Below are positions 30,434-40,677 of a DNA stretch of 64,000 nt, piece after piece. Each line of letters opens with the position of its first letter. The stretch's first letter is position 1. The DNA is from Verrucomicrobiota bacterium (GTDB taxonomy: Bacteria > Verrucomicrobiota > Verrucomicrobiia > Limisphaerales > JAIPKD01), in assembly GCA_021733835.1 (NCBI GenBank), contig JAIPKD010000005.1:5192-69191 (forward strand), read 5' to 3'. A program made the translations under genes and the position numbers. The notes beneath the pieces are model-generated. The model made no database searches. It saw only the letters and a list, made by a program, of their open reading frames with translations, and was not told the origin of the DNA.

Positions 30434-30618
30434 GCGAAGTTGGTTAGACTTGAGCAATCTGTTGCACTGATGATGCCTCGCTCGGTGAGGATTGTGACCT
30501 GGTATGAAATCTGGTCATCACTATACCCCTTAATCTGCAGAGGAATCCAATCCTGTGTCAGGTCGGAATCCTCTAGGGCGACAAGTATCTTCCGGATAAG
30601 TTCCATATCGCGTTTTAT
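30430..30618 (-). pseudogene. Truncated DUF2513-like gene remnant
   Basis: (I)KRDMELIRKILVALE...GYSDDQISYQVTILTERGIISATD resembles the DUF2513 N-terminus; ATA occupies the expected start position; the expected C-terminal LTWxGHxFLD is replaced by the repeat array. Confidence 0.6.
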
Positions 30619-30771
30619 TCTGATTCTTCTCCCATGCACACAATAATATTAAGCATCAAGCTACACTCCATCAGCCAGTGGGTGAGCGTTTATCGTGGAT
30701 TATTGTTCTTGCCTTCAGCCTCCTGATTCTTCCAACCATCTGGACGCTTCAAACACAAAACGCATTCGGGA

Positions 30772-31800
30772 TTACTTATTCAACTTCTTTTCCCTAATAG
30801 CTGCCCTCAATAGATCTATGCCAAAGCTCTCGGCTGGCACCGTAGATCTATTACTAAGTACTACTACAGTGATATCATATTTCGCATTATACTCGATTGT
30901 AGCGTTGAACTCATGCTGGCTGCTGCCACCGGAACTTCCAAATCCTTGATTCATTATCTCATCAAAACCAATCCGCTCCTTAGCTGTTTCGGTTAGCAAC
31001 GAATTACCTTTCAAAGCCCTAACCCACCGATGCAAATCTGCCGCTGTTGAGACCATGCCACCGTTACCAACAATCACCCAGCTGTACTCCCAACTATCCG
31101 GTGAACTATAGCCCAATACCACATTTGGGGTTGAGGCAATTTGCCCAAAGCACTCTCCCCAGAACCCGGTTGACGTCATTCCTGCGGGTACGAGAATATT
31201 ATCTCGGACATAATTTGTGTAATCCATTCCAGAAACCGTCTCAATCAACACTGCCAGCAGAGTATAGCCACTATTGGAATAACTAAACTTATCACCGGGT
31301 GAATATCTAAGAGGGTTTCGCATAATCTCATTAAAAGCCTGGTTACGGGTCATCGGCTCAAAATCACCTTGATTACCGGTCTCGTGATATGTCTCCAGGC
31401 CAGCGGTGTGGTCAAGCAGTTGCCGGATCGTGATAGATGACTTGTCTTCTGGCATGTTTTCAAGATAATTACTGACTGGATTGTCAATATTAATCATATC
31501 GCGCTCTTCCAGTTGGGCTACCGCGACCGCGGTAAACATTTTCGTAATCGACCCAATCGCATACACCGTATCTGTCGTGTTTACGACACTTTCATCACAT
31601 GATGCAAAACCATAACCCTTTTCAGTTGAGATTTCATCCCCATAGGCGACCAAAACGACGCCCGAGAAATTCTTCCGCTCTACTCGGTCTAATATCTCGT
31701 CGACCGTGGATTGGTCAGGAAATACCAATATGATAGTGACGGATACTACTACAGCCAGCAGAAGGGCTAATATTAAAAGTTTTCGTTTTTTGTTGAACAA
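30772..31800 (-). CDS. Serine hydrolase, beta-lactamase/AmpC-like family
   Basis: SxxK (GSITKMF), ITIRQLLDHTAGL, FSYSNSGYTLL; N-terminal membrane anchor; visibly AT-richer than the flanks. Confidence 0.88.
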   Translation of the reverse strand: MFNKKRKLLILALLLAVVVSVTIILVFPDQSTVDEILDRVERKNFSGVVLVAYGDEISTEKGYGFASCDESVVNTTDTVYAIGSITKMFTAVAVAQLEERDMINIDNPVSNYLENMPEDKSSITIRQLLDHTAGLETYHETGNQGDFEPMTRNQAFNEIMRNPLRYSPGDKFSYSNSGYTLLAVLIETVSGMDYTNYVRDNILVPAGMTSTGFWGECFGQIASTPNVVLGYSSPDSWEYSWVIVGNGGMVSTAADLHRWVRALKGNSLLTETAKERIGFDEIMNQGFGSSGGSSQHEFNATIEYNAKYDITVVVLSNRSTVPAESFGIDLLRAAIREKKLNK

Positions 31801-31866
31801 TATGTTTTACTTTTCAACACCATAGTTAGTCGGGGTTCACGATCTTCAATCCTTTCAGTTCAGCCC

Positions 31867-33498
31867 TTACGATAATTTTATATCGCCGCAGAGGTATGTA
31901 TCAATACCCAGTCCACTCATAGCGGCGGCCTTGATTCTCGCGGCGCGGTGCGCCTGTTTCTCGTTCGGCGCGTATGCAACCTGAATATGGTTCGCCTTGT
32001 GCCGGGCCATCATCTGATCACGGGTTATACCCGGAAGGACTGTATGCATGACGGGCCATTGCGGTGTCGTTTCATTCCATCTGCGCTCGTTTTCCTTTTC
32101 GGAGAGGGCGACGACCTTACCGACGCCGATGTCGCAATGCAGTTTATCGTCCATTACAAAGACCCGGCTCCAGACTATCCATCCCGGTTTCGACACGCCT
32201 TTGATGGTACCGCCGCCGAGTCTGAAGTACATCGGCGGCTGCCGTTCGCTCACTGCGCCTTTATAGCCGCCTACCAAGTGCGCGGGCGGTACTGCGCCTG
32301 AGATTTCGAACAGCCACACAAAATCATCCACACCACTGCCTTTGTAATATTCACCCCAGCGCACATCGTGCAGCGTTGTTTCCGGCGGGAACTTGAGTTT
32401 CCGCCAAAGCCGGTAAGTAACCAAGGCGTCAAGGCCGGCGCACTCGTCCACTTCATTGAAATGCGTGACCGCCTCGCCTTTGAACAATTCGCGGCCCGTT
32501 TCCGGGCATTTGACCGGCGGCCGGTCGACGTTGTTCAGCATGCCTTCGGCAAGGTCGCTTGCCGGCAGGAGGTCTTTTAATCCCTGTTGATATTGGATTC
32601 CGATAATACCGCAGCCGAAATCATCGGCAATACGTGTAGCCGCAATGTACATCTTGCATTGGGTCAACACCTGATCCTCGGTCAGCTCGGTTTCTTCGTC
32701 GGAGCCGAAGTTAAATTTTATCCCTTTCCGTTTCAGCCAATGATAAACCTTGCGCGCGTCGGAATCGGGCACGTCCATCGTAGCGGCATATAGCGCGGAT
32801 TGACTGAGGCGTTCCTTGAACACCCCCGCACCGGCGAGCAGGTGATCGGGTATAATCGCGTTATACATGCCCATGCACCCTTCATCGAACACACCCAGTA
32901 TCGGCTTTTCATGCTTGAACCATTGCGCGAATTCCCTGCCTGCCTGTTCGTCGGCGTCGGGCAGTTTCAATAACTCCGCGTTCCTTACATGGCTTTGATC
33001 ATGGATCACTCGACCGTCGCGCAACCATTGCCGTAAGCCGTCCTTGAAAAACTTATCCTTAAACGTCTCACTCCATAATGTGCTGTAATTTACGCCCGCC
33101 TTTGTAAGCGTGCCGTTGAGATTCAACATACCGACCAGTCCCGGCCAGGTACCGCTCCAATTTGCTACGGTAAGGATCGGGCCACGATGCGTCGAAAGTC
33201 CCGGCCATACATGGTGACTGTATTGCCAGACGCTCTCTGCCACGATCAACGGCGCCTCGGGATCGATGTTTTTGAACACCTCAAGCCCCATCTTCTGGGA
33301 GTCGATAAACCCGTGCTTCTTCTTCGAATCATACGGATGCGCCCGCAGTGGCGTCCAACCCTCGGCCTTGATAGCCGTACTCAAGGCGCTTTCCATCTTG
33401 GTCTGTTCGGGCCAACATACTCTGTTCGCCGAAAGTCGCAAATCACCACTTGCTACAACGTATACTTGCTTCGGTTTCAGTTTCTTCGATTTATCCAT
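31867..33498 (-). CDS. L-fucose/L-arabinose isomerase-family protein
   Basis: VANWSGTWPGLVG, FDEGCMGM, IGIQYQQGL, HFNEVDEC, HKANHIQVAYA. Start placed at MDKSKK. Confidence 0.7.
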   Translation of the reverse strand: MDKSKKLKPKQVYVVASGDLRLSANRVCWPEQTKMESALSTAIKAEGWTPLRAHPYDSKKKHGFIDSQKMGLEVFKNIDPEAPLIVAESVWQYSHHVWPGLSTHRGPILTVANWSGTWPGLVGMLNLNGTLTKAGVNYSTLWSETFKDKFFKDGLRQWLRDGRVIHDQSHVRNAELLKLPDADEQAGREFAQWFKHEKPILGVFDEGCMGMYNAIIPDHLLAGAGVFKERLSQSALYAATMDVPDSDARKVYHWLKRKGIKFNFGSDEETELTEDQVLTQCKMYIAATRIADDFGCGIIGIQYQQGLKDLLPASDLAEGMLNNVDRPPVKCPETGRELFKGEAVTHFNEVDECAGLDALVTYRLWRKLKFPPETTLHDVRWGEYYKGSGVDDFVWLFEISGAVPPAHLVGGYKGAVSERQPPMYFRLGGGTIKGVSKPGWIVWSRVFVMDDKLHCDIGVGKVVALSEKENERRWNETTPQWPVMHTVLPGITRDQMMARHKANHIQVAYAPNEKQAHRAARIKAAAMSGLGIDTYLCGDIKLS

Positions 33499-33619
33499 GG
33501 TATAAGTTTGCAATGAAAAACGATTTGTTAAAAGCATCAATTATTACCCGGTACGATTTTTTGACGGCGCCCGGGCCTTGACCTATCGCCGACTGTTGAG
33601 CAGGATTGAATCGGCGGAT

Positions 33620-36600
33620 ATGAATAAACTTACGCAACAACAATCCGTGGCCGTCGCCGCGGAGGGAAACGTCGCCGTGATAGCCGGTGCCGGCACGGGA
33701 AAGACGCGTACCCTGGTCGAACGCTGTGTTTCCAAACTGACCGATACGACCGATCCCGCAAACCTCGATGAAATCCTTGTCGTCACCTTTACCGAGGCGG
33801 CCGCAGCGGAGATGAAAAGCAGGATTCGCACGGAATTGGAAAACATACCGCGCGAAGCGTTAACAAACACACGCCGGCTCGAACAACTCGCTCTTCTGGA
33901 TAGCGCGCAAATCAGCACCCTGCATAGCTTTTGCCTCAAATTAGTCCAACGCCACTTCTTCGAGCTGGGGCTCGACGCGGAATTGAGAGTCCTCGACGAC
34001 CTCCAAAGCTCGATACTCCAGTCGCAAACTTTGGATAAAACACTCGGACAATACTACACGGGTACCGACAAGAAATCGGCGGACGTGCAGAACCTAATCC
34101 TCACCCAGGCCACAGGGAATCCGGAGATAATCACAGGTATCATCCTCAAGCTCCACGAACGCGCGCAGACACTCCCTAACCCGCGCGGCTGGTTCAATCA
34201 CTGGAACAACCACTTCTCGGCAAACACCCCCGAGTGTTGGGAGAAATTGGTTTTCCATGCCTTCGGTCAACTGAAAGCGCGGTGGCTCCCCGAACTTCTA
34301 GCGCAACCGGCGGAAAACGAGAACGCCGCCTCGTGCGCCGAAGTATTGGAGCGAATCCCCGATAACTGGGCATCCAGTGAACCATTCGACAAACTCGACC
34401 ATTCCTCCTTTGGTCTTCTCGCAGAAATCACATCCGACATTATCGAAATCGACAGCTCCTGGCCGAAGGGCAAGAAAACGGTGTTCCGCAAACCCATTAA
34501 GAAATTTTTCGATGAATTAATATTCCTTGATTCTATTGTTAATCCTGTTAAACAACAAGATGATCTCAATGAAAGCCATAACCGTCACAACGCCATCGCA
34601 GACCTGGAACAGGATTGGGAATGGACACGCCACCACATGCTTGCGCTCTTAGAGCTCACCTGTGAATTCTCGGAGAACTACGCCGCCGCAAAACGAGATC
34701 AAGGCTTCCTCGATTTTCACGATCTCGAACAATTCACGCTCGATCTGCTCCTGGGCGAAGACAGATCAGGCCCAACCGCAATAGCCCGTCAGTGGCGGGA
34801 TAATTTCAAACATATATTCGTCGACGAATATCAGGACATAAATGCCGCCCAAGACTTGATCATCAGGGCGCTGGGCAAAAACGATCCGATCGGTAATCGG
34901 TTCCTTGTCGGCGACGCCAAACAGAGTATATACGGATTCCGTTCCGCCGACCCGCGTATCTTCACCGATTACGAGGAAGCATGGAGGAACGGACACGGCG
35001 CCTGCGCGCTTCACCTGAACGAAAACTTCCGCAGCCACGAATCAATAATCCGATTCGTCAATTCTTTCTTCGAATCCGCCGCTCGAGACGGATTCGACGA
35101 ATGCGGTTTCGACGAGGCGTCCAGGCTCGAATTCGGCGATGAACCGAACCGACAATATTTCACCGTCGAGGCGGACAAGAAAATTCAACGTCCAGGCGAA
35201 CACAAAAACGACGGAAATGAATTACAAACGAACCTTGACAATGCACGCGTGGAGTTCAACTTGATCTCCATACCGTCCAAAAAAGAATCCTCCACCGCCG
35301 AACAGGAACAGCCGGACATTGCCGAGTCGTCGGAGCTCGAAAAAATGGCGGCGCTGACCGCACGCCGGCTCCGTCGGATCAAGGCATCCGGATTCAATGT
35401 CTGGGATAAGGACCTGGGCGCATTCAGAACAGTGGACTGGAGGGATATGGCAGTCCTTCTTAGGTCCACGAGAACGCGCTCGGAGGTCTTTGCAAAGGAA
35501 TTCGCGCGTTTTCAAATCCCGCTTGAGACCGGTCAAAACGGGTTCTTCGATGCATACGAAATAAATGACCTACTCAATCTCCTCCGTATATTCGATAATC
35601 CGCTCCAGGACATACCGCTGCTTGCTGTCCTGAGATCACCGTTTGCACGCCTCACTGAACCTGAGCTGGCCGGGATCAGATCGGCATTGCCGAGGGTCAG
35701 GTTCTGGCATGCACTGCATAAGTTCAATGATTCACCCGATCCCGACGCGTTCTCCGGGACATCCCCGGAAACAAAACGCAAGCTACAACATTTCCTCGAT
35801 TATTATACAATATGGCGCCGCGCAACCAAACAACTCAGCCTTTCCCGCTGTCTCGAGACTATCCTCGACGACTCCTTCTATGAAGATTGGGTTCAGGCAC
35901 AAAACCGCGGCGAACAACGTCGCCAAAATATAGCCAAGCTGCTCGATATAGCTCGGAACTTCGACCAGTTCTCCAATCAGGGCCTCGGCCGGTTCCTCCA
36001 GCTAATCGATGTCCAGGAACGCGAAAACATCGAACCGGAAACCGATGTCGCAACCCCCATAAACGCTGTCCGCTTAATCAGCATCCACAAGAGTAAAGGC
36101 CTGGAATTCCCGGTGGTCGTCGTGCCCGACCTGAATAAGAAATTCAACCTCGAAGATACCAGGTCATCGATTATCTTCGACGAATCATACGGGCCGTGTC
36201 CGAAAGTCTTTCCACCGGGCTCTATCAGCGGGTACGAAAGCATTCCATATTGGCTCTCTAAACATAAGCAGACCGAAGACACGATAGCCGAAGAGCTGCG
36301 CCTGCTCTATGTCGCGTTCACGCGAGCCTGCGATAAGTTAATCCTCGTCGGTTCCATTAAAGAACCTGTATCGGAAACAATAGAGAAACTCACACCCGTT
36401 TCCATGCCACACGTAAATAATGCACTCAACTGGCTCATAAACAGGATGCCCGCACTCACAGGCCTGGAAAACTGGTTCGATGATGCAGCCGGCTCCACCG
36501 ACATCATAGCTTGGAGTATTCACGAAGACCTAGAAACGCAGTCCGATGAAGTCATTCCAGGACAAGCACCCGAACGCCCCGCCACCGAACGCACAACCGA

Positions 36601-37348
36601 CGAGGTTCCAAATATCGAACAGCGCATATACTGGGAATACCCCTTCGCTGCGGCAACCGAGCAACCTTCAAAAACCTCCGCATCCACCATGCGCAGGCAT
36701 ATACTCGACTCGGACGAAGAACCGCTGGGGCTGTTCCCCGACCCTTCCTCAGCCGGCGCCACCGTTTGGACACCGCTTAAAAACACCAGCACATCCGCTG
36801 TCAGCGTCGGCCTCGCCACCCACAAGTTTCTCGAGCTCGCCGAGCCGACAACTCTCCTCGACAAAGCCGGCGCCTACAAGGAAGCCGACAGGCTTATCCA
36901 CAACGGACGCCTTCCGCACAGCGATAAATCGTCGATCGATATCACGAGTATTGTGAAATTCTGGAGTTCGGAGATAGGACATAGCATCCTCGAGCATAAA
37001 GACTCGTTATACCGGGAGCTCCCCTTCACCGCGCGTTTTTCCATCGAAGAAATCAATGAGCTCGTACCCGCCTACACCCCGCTGCAAACATCGCTGGACG
37101 ATGAGTTTATCGTGATACAGGGCTTCGTCGATCTTGCCGTTATTATGAAGGACAATGTCTGGATTCTGGACTTCAAAACCGACACCCATTATTCAAGCTC
37201 CGTCGATGAAAAAATCCGGACTTACACGCCGCAAATACTCATCTACGCCGAGGCCCTGAAGAAAGTATTCAACCGCCCTGTTACAAAAGGATGGCTCCAC
37301 TTTCTGTCGCATAACATAACTGTTGATATTATTAACGGCGACAATTAA
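33620..37348 (+). CDS. addA: ATP-dependent helicase/nuclease subunit A (AddA/RecB-like)
   Basis: AGAGTGKT, VVTFTEAAAAEM, VDEYQD, VGDAKQSIYGFR, SIHKSKGLEFP, LLYVAFTRA; C-terminal nuclease QGFVD...ILDFKTD...QILIY. Confidence 0.88.
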   Translation: MNKLTQQQSVAVAAEGNVAVIAGAGTGKTRTLVERCVSKLTDTTDPANLDEILVVTFTEAAAAEMKSRIRTELENIPREALTNTRRLEQLALLDSAQISTLHSFCLKLVQRHFFELGLDAELRVLDDLQSSILQSQTLDKTLGQYYTGTDKKSADVQNLILTQATGNPEIITGIILKLHERAQTLPNPRGWFNHWNNHFSANTPECWEKLVFHAFGQLKARWLPELLAQPAENENAASCAEVLERIPDNWASSEPFDKLDHSSFGLLAEITSDIIEIDSSWPKGKKTVFRKPIKKFFDELIFLDSIVNPVKQQDDLNESHNRHNAIADLEQDWEWTRHHMLALLELTCEFSENYAAAKRDQGFLDFHDLEQFTLDLLLGEDRSGPTAIARQWRDNFKHIFVDEYQDINAAQDLIIRALGKNDPIGNRFLVGDAKQSIYGFRSADPRIFTDYEEAWRNGHGACALHLNENFRSHESIIRFVNSFFESAARDGFDECGFDEASRLEFGDEPNRQYFTVEADKKIQRPGEHKNDGNELQTNLDNARVEFNLISIPSKKESSTAEQEQPDIAESSELEKMAALTARRLRRIKASGFNVWDKDLGAFRTVDWRDMAVLLRSTRTRSEVFAKEFARFQIPLETGQNGFFDAYEINDLLNLLRIFDNPLQDIPLLAVLRSPFARLTEPELAGIRSALPRVRFWHALHKFNDSPDPDAFSGTSPETKRKLQHFLDYYTIWRRATKQLSLSRCLETILDDSFYEDWVQAQNRGEQRRQNIAKLLDIARNFDQFSNQGLGRFLQLIDVQERENIEPETDVATPINAVRLISIHKSKGLEFPVVVVPDLNKKFNLEDTRSSIIFDESYGPCPKVFPPGSISGYESIPYWLSKHKQTEDTIAEELRLLYVAFTRACDKLILVGSIKEPVSETIEKLTPVSMPHVNNALNWLINRMPALTGLENWFDDAAGSTDIIAWSIHEDLETQSDEVIPGQAPERPATERTTDEVPNIEQRIYWEYPFAAATEQPSKTSASTMRRHILDSDEEPLGLFPDPSSAGATVWTPLKNTSTSAVSVGLATHKFLELAEPTTLLDKAGAYKEADRLIHNGRLPHSDKSSIDITSIVKFWSSEIGHSILEHKDSLYRELPFTARFSIEEINELVPAYTPLQTSLDDEFIVIQGFVDLAVIMKDNVWILDFKTDTHYSSSVDEKIRTYTPQILIYAEALKKVFNRPVTKGWLHFLSHNITVDIINGDN

Positions 37349-37401
37349 TTATTATTACATTATTGACAACATTAAGCACTATATTTAATTGAGTCTCACC
37401 A

Positions 37402-40116
37402 ATGACGACTAATCGTTCACCAAGTCCGGAAGCAATAATCGTTCACGGCGCGCGGGAGCATAATCTCAAGGACATCGATGCGAGCATCCCCCTGAACCGC
37501 TTCACCGTCATTACCGGCGTAAGCGGCTCGGGAAAAAGCACGCTGGCGTTCGACATCTTGTTCACCGAAGGCCAGCGACGGTTCCTCGACTCGCTGAACG
37601 CATACGCAAGACAATTTATCGCGCCGCTTAAAAAGGCGGACTTCGATTTGATAACCGGCCTGCCGCCTACCGTCAGCATAGAACAACGAACCAGCCGCGG
37701 CGGCGGTAAAAGTACGGTCGCCACTGTAACCGAGATTCATCCGTTCCTCAGACTTCTGTTCACTCGATTGGGCACGGTATACTGCCCTGACTGCGACGTC
37801 GCCGTCCGCCCGCAAACAAAGGCCGAGCTTTGCAAGAGACTGGCGGCGGAAAGCCGCAGGCGCGGCGAACTCACACTCCTTGCGCCGGTGGTGCGTAACC
37901 GCAAAGGTTTTCACAGCGAATTATGTGAATGGGCCTATCACAAGGGTTACTCGCACTTACGCGTCGATGGCCGCTTAACACAGACAGATAAACCACTGCG
38001 CCTGGAACGGTTCAAGGAACACAACATTGAAATCGTCACAGGCACCATAACCAAACGCCATAGCGCATCCGCGTTGAACCGGGAACTCGCCCGGCTCGTC
38101 GATGTCACCATCGATCTGGGACACGGAACGGTCTACGCAATGGACAACCGCAATAACATCACGGTACATTCCATCAAGAGTATATGCCCCGCCTGCGGGA
38201 ACTCGTTTGAAATCACCGATCCCAAGATGCTCAGCTACAACTCGCCCCGCGGCTGGTGCCCGGAATGCAGGGGATTCGCTGAAATATTCTATCTGCCGAA
38301 CGTCGACCGCGGGGCACGCGCCGATGCAATCGAGGAATCATGGTTCAAATGGCAGGAAGGCGAAAGGGAAGTATGCCCCAAGTGCGGCGGCGCCAGGCTC
38401 AATCCCCTTGCACGCTCAGTGCGTATCGAGAACATCGGCGCAAAGGCGTTACGTAAGCTCGATCTCACAACAACCGCAACAGGCCCGGCGCTCCACGAAA
38501 TCGAGAAGCTCGACACCGTGCAAGCGCTTGATTTCTTTAAATCGATTAAATTCAGTAAAAGCAGCGGGAGGATCGCCCGTGATATCATTCCCGAAATCAT
38601 CGAACGCCTCAAGTTCTTAGATGCTGTGGGCCTGGGCTACCTGCAATTGAACAGGGGCATTACAACACTCTCCGGCGGAGAGGCGCAAAGGATACGCCTG
38701 GCCGCGCAGCTCGGTTCCAATTTGTGCGGCGTCCTCTATATCTTGGACGAACCGACAATCGGCCTCCACCCGAGAGATAACGAGAGGCTCCTGGACATCC
38801 TCGCCGCGCTCCGCTCAAAGGGCAACTCCCTGGTCCTTGTCGAGCACGATGAGGCGACCATGAACCACGCCGATCATATAGTCGATCTCGGCCCCGGCGC
38901 GGGCGAGAACGGCGGGAACCTGGTCGCCCAAGGCACACTCGAGGAGTTGATGCAAAACGCCGAATCCGTAACCGGTCGATGGTTACTAAATAAACGCAAA
39001 CACACAGAACAAAGGCAACGTCGGCATGTGCCGTCCGGCAGGAACAATACACCGCTTATCTCCAACGAGTTCCCCGCCATAAAGCTCACCGGCGCATGGC
39101 TCCACAACCTGAAACAACCGGTAGCCGTTTTCCCGGTCGGACGCCTCATCGCCGTTACAGGTGTCAGCGGCTCCGGCAAAAGCACACTGGTCAGGGAATG
39201 CCTTATCACCGCACTGAAACGCGGGTACACATCGGCCGCCGCCGCACGCGAGTCTACGACCGCTCCGCTACACGGCACGGCCGAATCGAATATCAAGATT
39301 CACTCAATCCACGAGGTCGACCAATCACCTATCGGCCGCACATTGCGATCCGTCCCCGCCACGTACACCGGTTTCTTCGACGAGATACGCCGATTATTCG
39401 CGATGACACCGGAGGCGAAGCTCCGCGGCTACGGCCCCGGCAGATTCTCTTTTAATAGCAAACAGGGCGCCTGCCCCGAATGCAAAGGTTCGGGGTTCAT
39501 TAAAATGGAAATTCCACTTCTCCCCGCAGCATCGATCGTGTGCGAAACCTGTAACGGCACCCGGTTCAATAACGAAACACTCGATATCACCTTTCACGAT
39601 AAAAACATCGCGCAAATATTAGACTTGAGCGTAGACGAGGCCGTCCGTTTCTTCGACGGGTTTCCGAGGATCAAGCGCGCCCTGAACGCACTTCGCGATA
39701 CCGGCCTGGGCTACATCAAGATCGGCCAGACAAGCCCGTCGCTCAGCGGCGGCGAGGCACAACGACTCAAACTTGTCTCACACTTGACAACCAGCCTCCG
39801 GCGCCACCACAACACCCGATTCGATAAAGCGGACACCAAACTCTTTGTCCTCGAAGAACCGACCACCGGCCTGCATATGGCCGATGTCCATAACCTCGTC
39901 AAAGTCCTCCACCGCCTCGTTGACGCAGGACATACGGTCATCGTTATCGAGCATAACCTCGATTTCATCGCTGAAACGGATTGGGTAATCGACATCGGCC
40001 CCGAAAGCGGCGACAAAGGCGGACGCATCATAGCTCAGGGCACGCCCGAGACCATCGCTGAAAATAAATACTCGCATACGGGCGAATTCCTTAATAAAAT
40101 CCTAAATCCGAAATGA
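37402..40116 (+). CDS. uvrA: Excinuclease ABC subunit A variant (short insertion domain)
   Basis: GAREHNLK, TGVSGSGKSTLAFD, two LSGGEAQR signatures, LDEPT/LEEPT, three CxxC-CxxC zinc sites. Confidence 0.88.
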   Translation: MTTNRSPSPEAIIVHGAREHNLKDIDASIPLNRFTVITGVSGSGKSTLAFDILFTEGQRRFLDSLNAYARQFIAPLKKADFDLITGLPPTVSIEQRTSRGGGKSTVATVTEIHPFLRLLFTRLGTVYCPDCDVAVRPQTKAELCKRLAAESRRRGELTLLAPVVRNRKGFHSELCEWAYHKGYSHLRVDGRLTQTDKPLRLERFKEHNIEIVTGTITKRHSASALNRELARLVDVTIDLGHGTVYAMDNRNNITVHSIKSICPACGNSFEITDPKMLSYNSPRGWCPECRGFAEIFYLPNVDRGARADAIEESWFKWQEGEREVCPKCGGARLNPLARSVRIENIGAKALRKLDLTTTATGPALHEIEKLDTVQALDFFKSIKFSKSSGRIARDIIPEIIERLKFLDAVGLGYLQLNRGITTLSGGEAQRIRLAAQLGSNLCGVLYILDEPTIGLHPRDNERLLDILAALRSKGNSLVLVEHDEATMNHADHIVDLGPGAGENGGNLVAQGTLEELMQNAESVTGRWLLNKRKHTEQRQRRHVPSGRNNTPLISNEFPAIKLTGAWLHNLKQPVAVFPVGRLIAVTGVSGSGKSTLVRECLITALKRGYTSAAAARESTTAPLHGTAESNIKIHSIHEVDQSPIGRTLRSVPATYTGFFDEIRRLFAMTPEAKLRGYGPGRFSFNSKQGACPECKGSGFIKMEIPLLPAASIVCETCNGTRFNNETLDITFHDKNIAQILDLSVDEAVRFFDGFPRIKRALNALRDTGLGYIKIGQTSPSLSGGEAQRLKLVSHLTTSLRRHHNTRFDKADTKLFVLEEPTTGLHMADVHNLVKVLHRLVDAGHTVIVIEHNLDFIAETDWVIDIGPESGDKGGRIIAQGTPETIAENKYSHTGEFLNKILNPK

Positions 40117-40583
40117 GTGAATCCTACGAGGAAATCTTTGAAGGCGAATCGGTCATCAGGATCGCGCCGAACGATCGACACGAGCTGATATGCAACCGGT
40201 TGCATCTGCATCTTTCCTCGATATTGATTAATAACGTGGAATTAAGCCTGCTGCCCGCGCGCACGATCCTGACACTAACACCCGGCACATTCGTCAGGCC
40301 GGACTTGGCGATTATGTCAAAGAAAACCAACTCCCTCTGGCTGGCCGCGGAAATCATCAGTTCCGTCGACCATCGTTACGACACGGTGATCAAAAAAGAA
40401 ATCTATGAATCAACCACACTTCCCAAGCTTTGGATGATTGATCCGAGGTATGACAACGTTGAAGTCTACTTCGGCACCGAATACGGCCTCGCACTCAAAT
40501 ACATACTGGCGGGAAGTGAAGTCCTCGAGGACATCGCACTGCCCGGTCTTAACATGATCATCAAAGACCTGTTCGCATCCTAA
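40113..40583 (+). CDS. Uma2 (DUF820) family putative endonuclease
   Basis: Overlaps the uvrA stop; HELI...VRPDLAI...LAAEIIS...D...KK.IY...LWMIDP pattern. Confidence 0.75.
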   Translation: MSESYEEIFEGESVIRIAPNDRHELICNRLHLHLSSILINNVELSLLPARTILTLTPGTFVRPDLAIMSKKTNSLWLAAEIISSVDHRYDTVIKKEIYESTTLPKLWMIDPRYDNVEVYFGTEYGLALKYILAGSEVLEDIALPGLNMIIKDLFAS

Positions 40584-40677
40584 TGATTCAAATGCGGCGA
40601 CACGCTTGTGCATCGCCGCAATTGACAAACAACGATTCTCAGCCTCCCTTTTCTCAAGCCGCGCCCGGAGAAAACCT

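Noticed and set aside
37349-37401. LexA/SOS box upstream of uvrA
   Set aside because: No recognisable LexA-type palindrome; only a TTGACA with poorly spaced -10 candidates.
40113-40583. Uma2 with SNF2 and AddA as an anti-phage defence island
   Set aside because: The genes are scattered among housekeeping genes, with no methyltransferase, toxin-antitoxin pair or recognisable defence partner.
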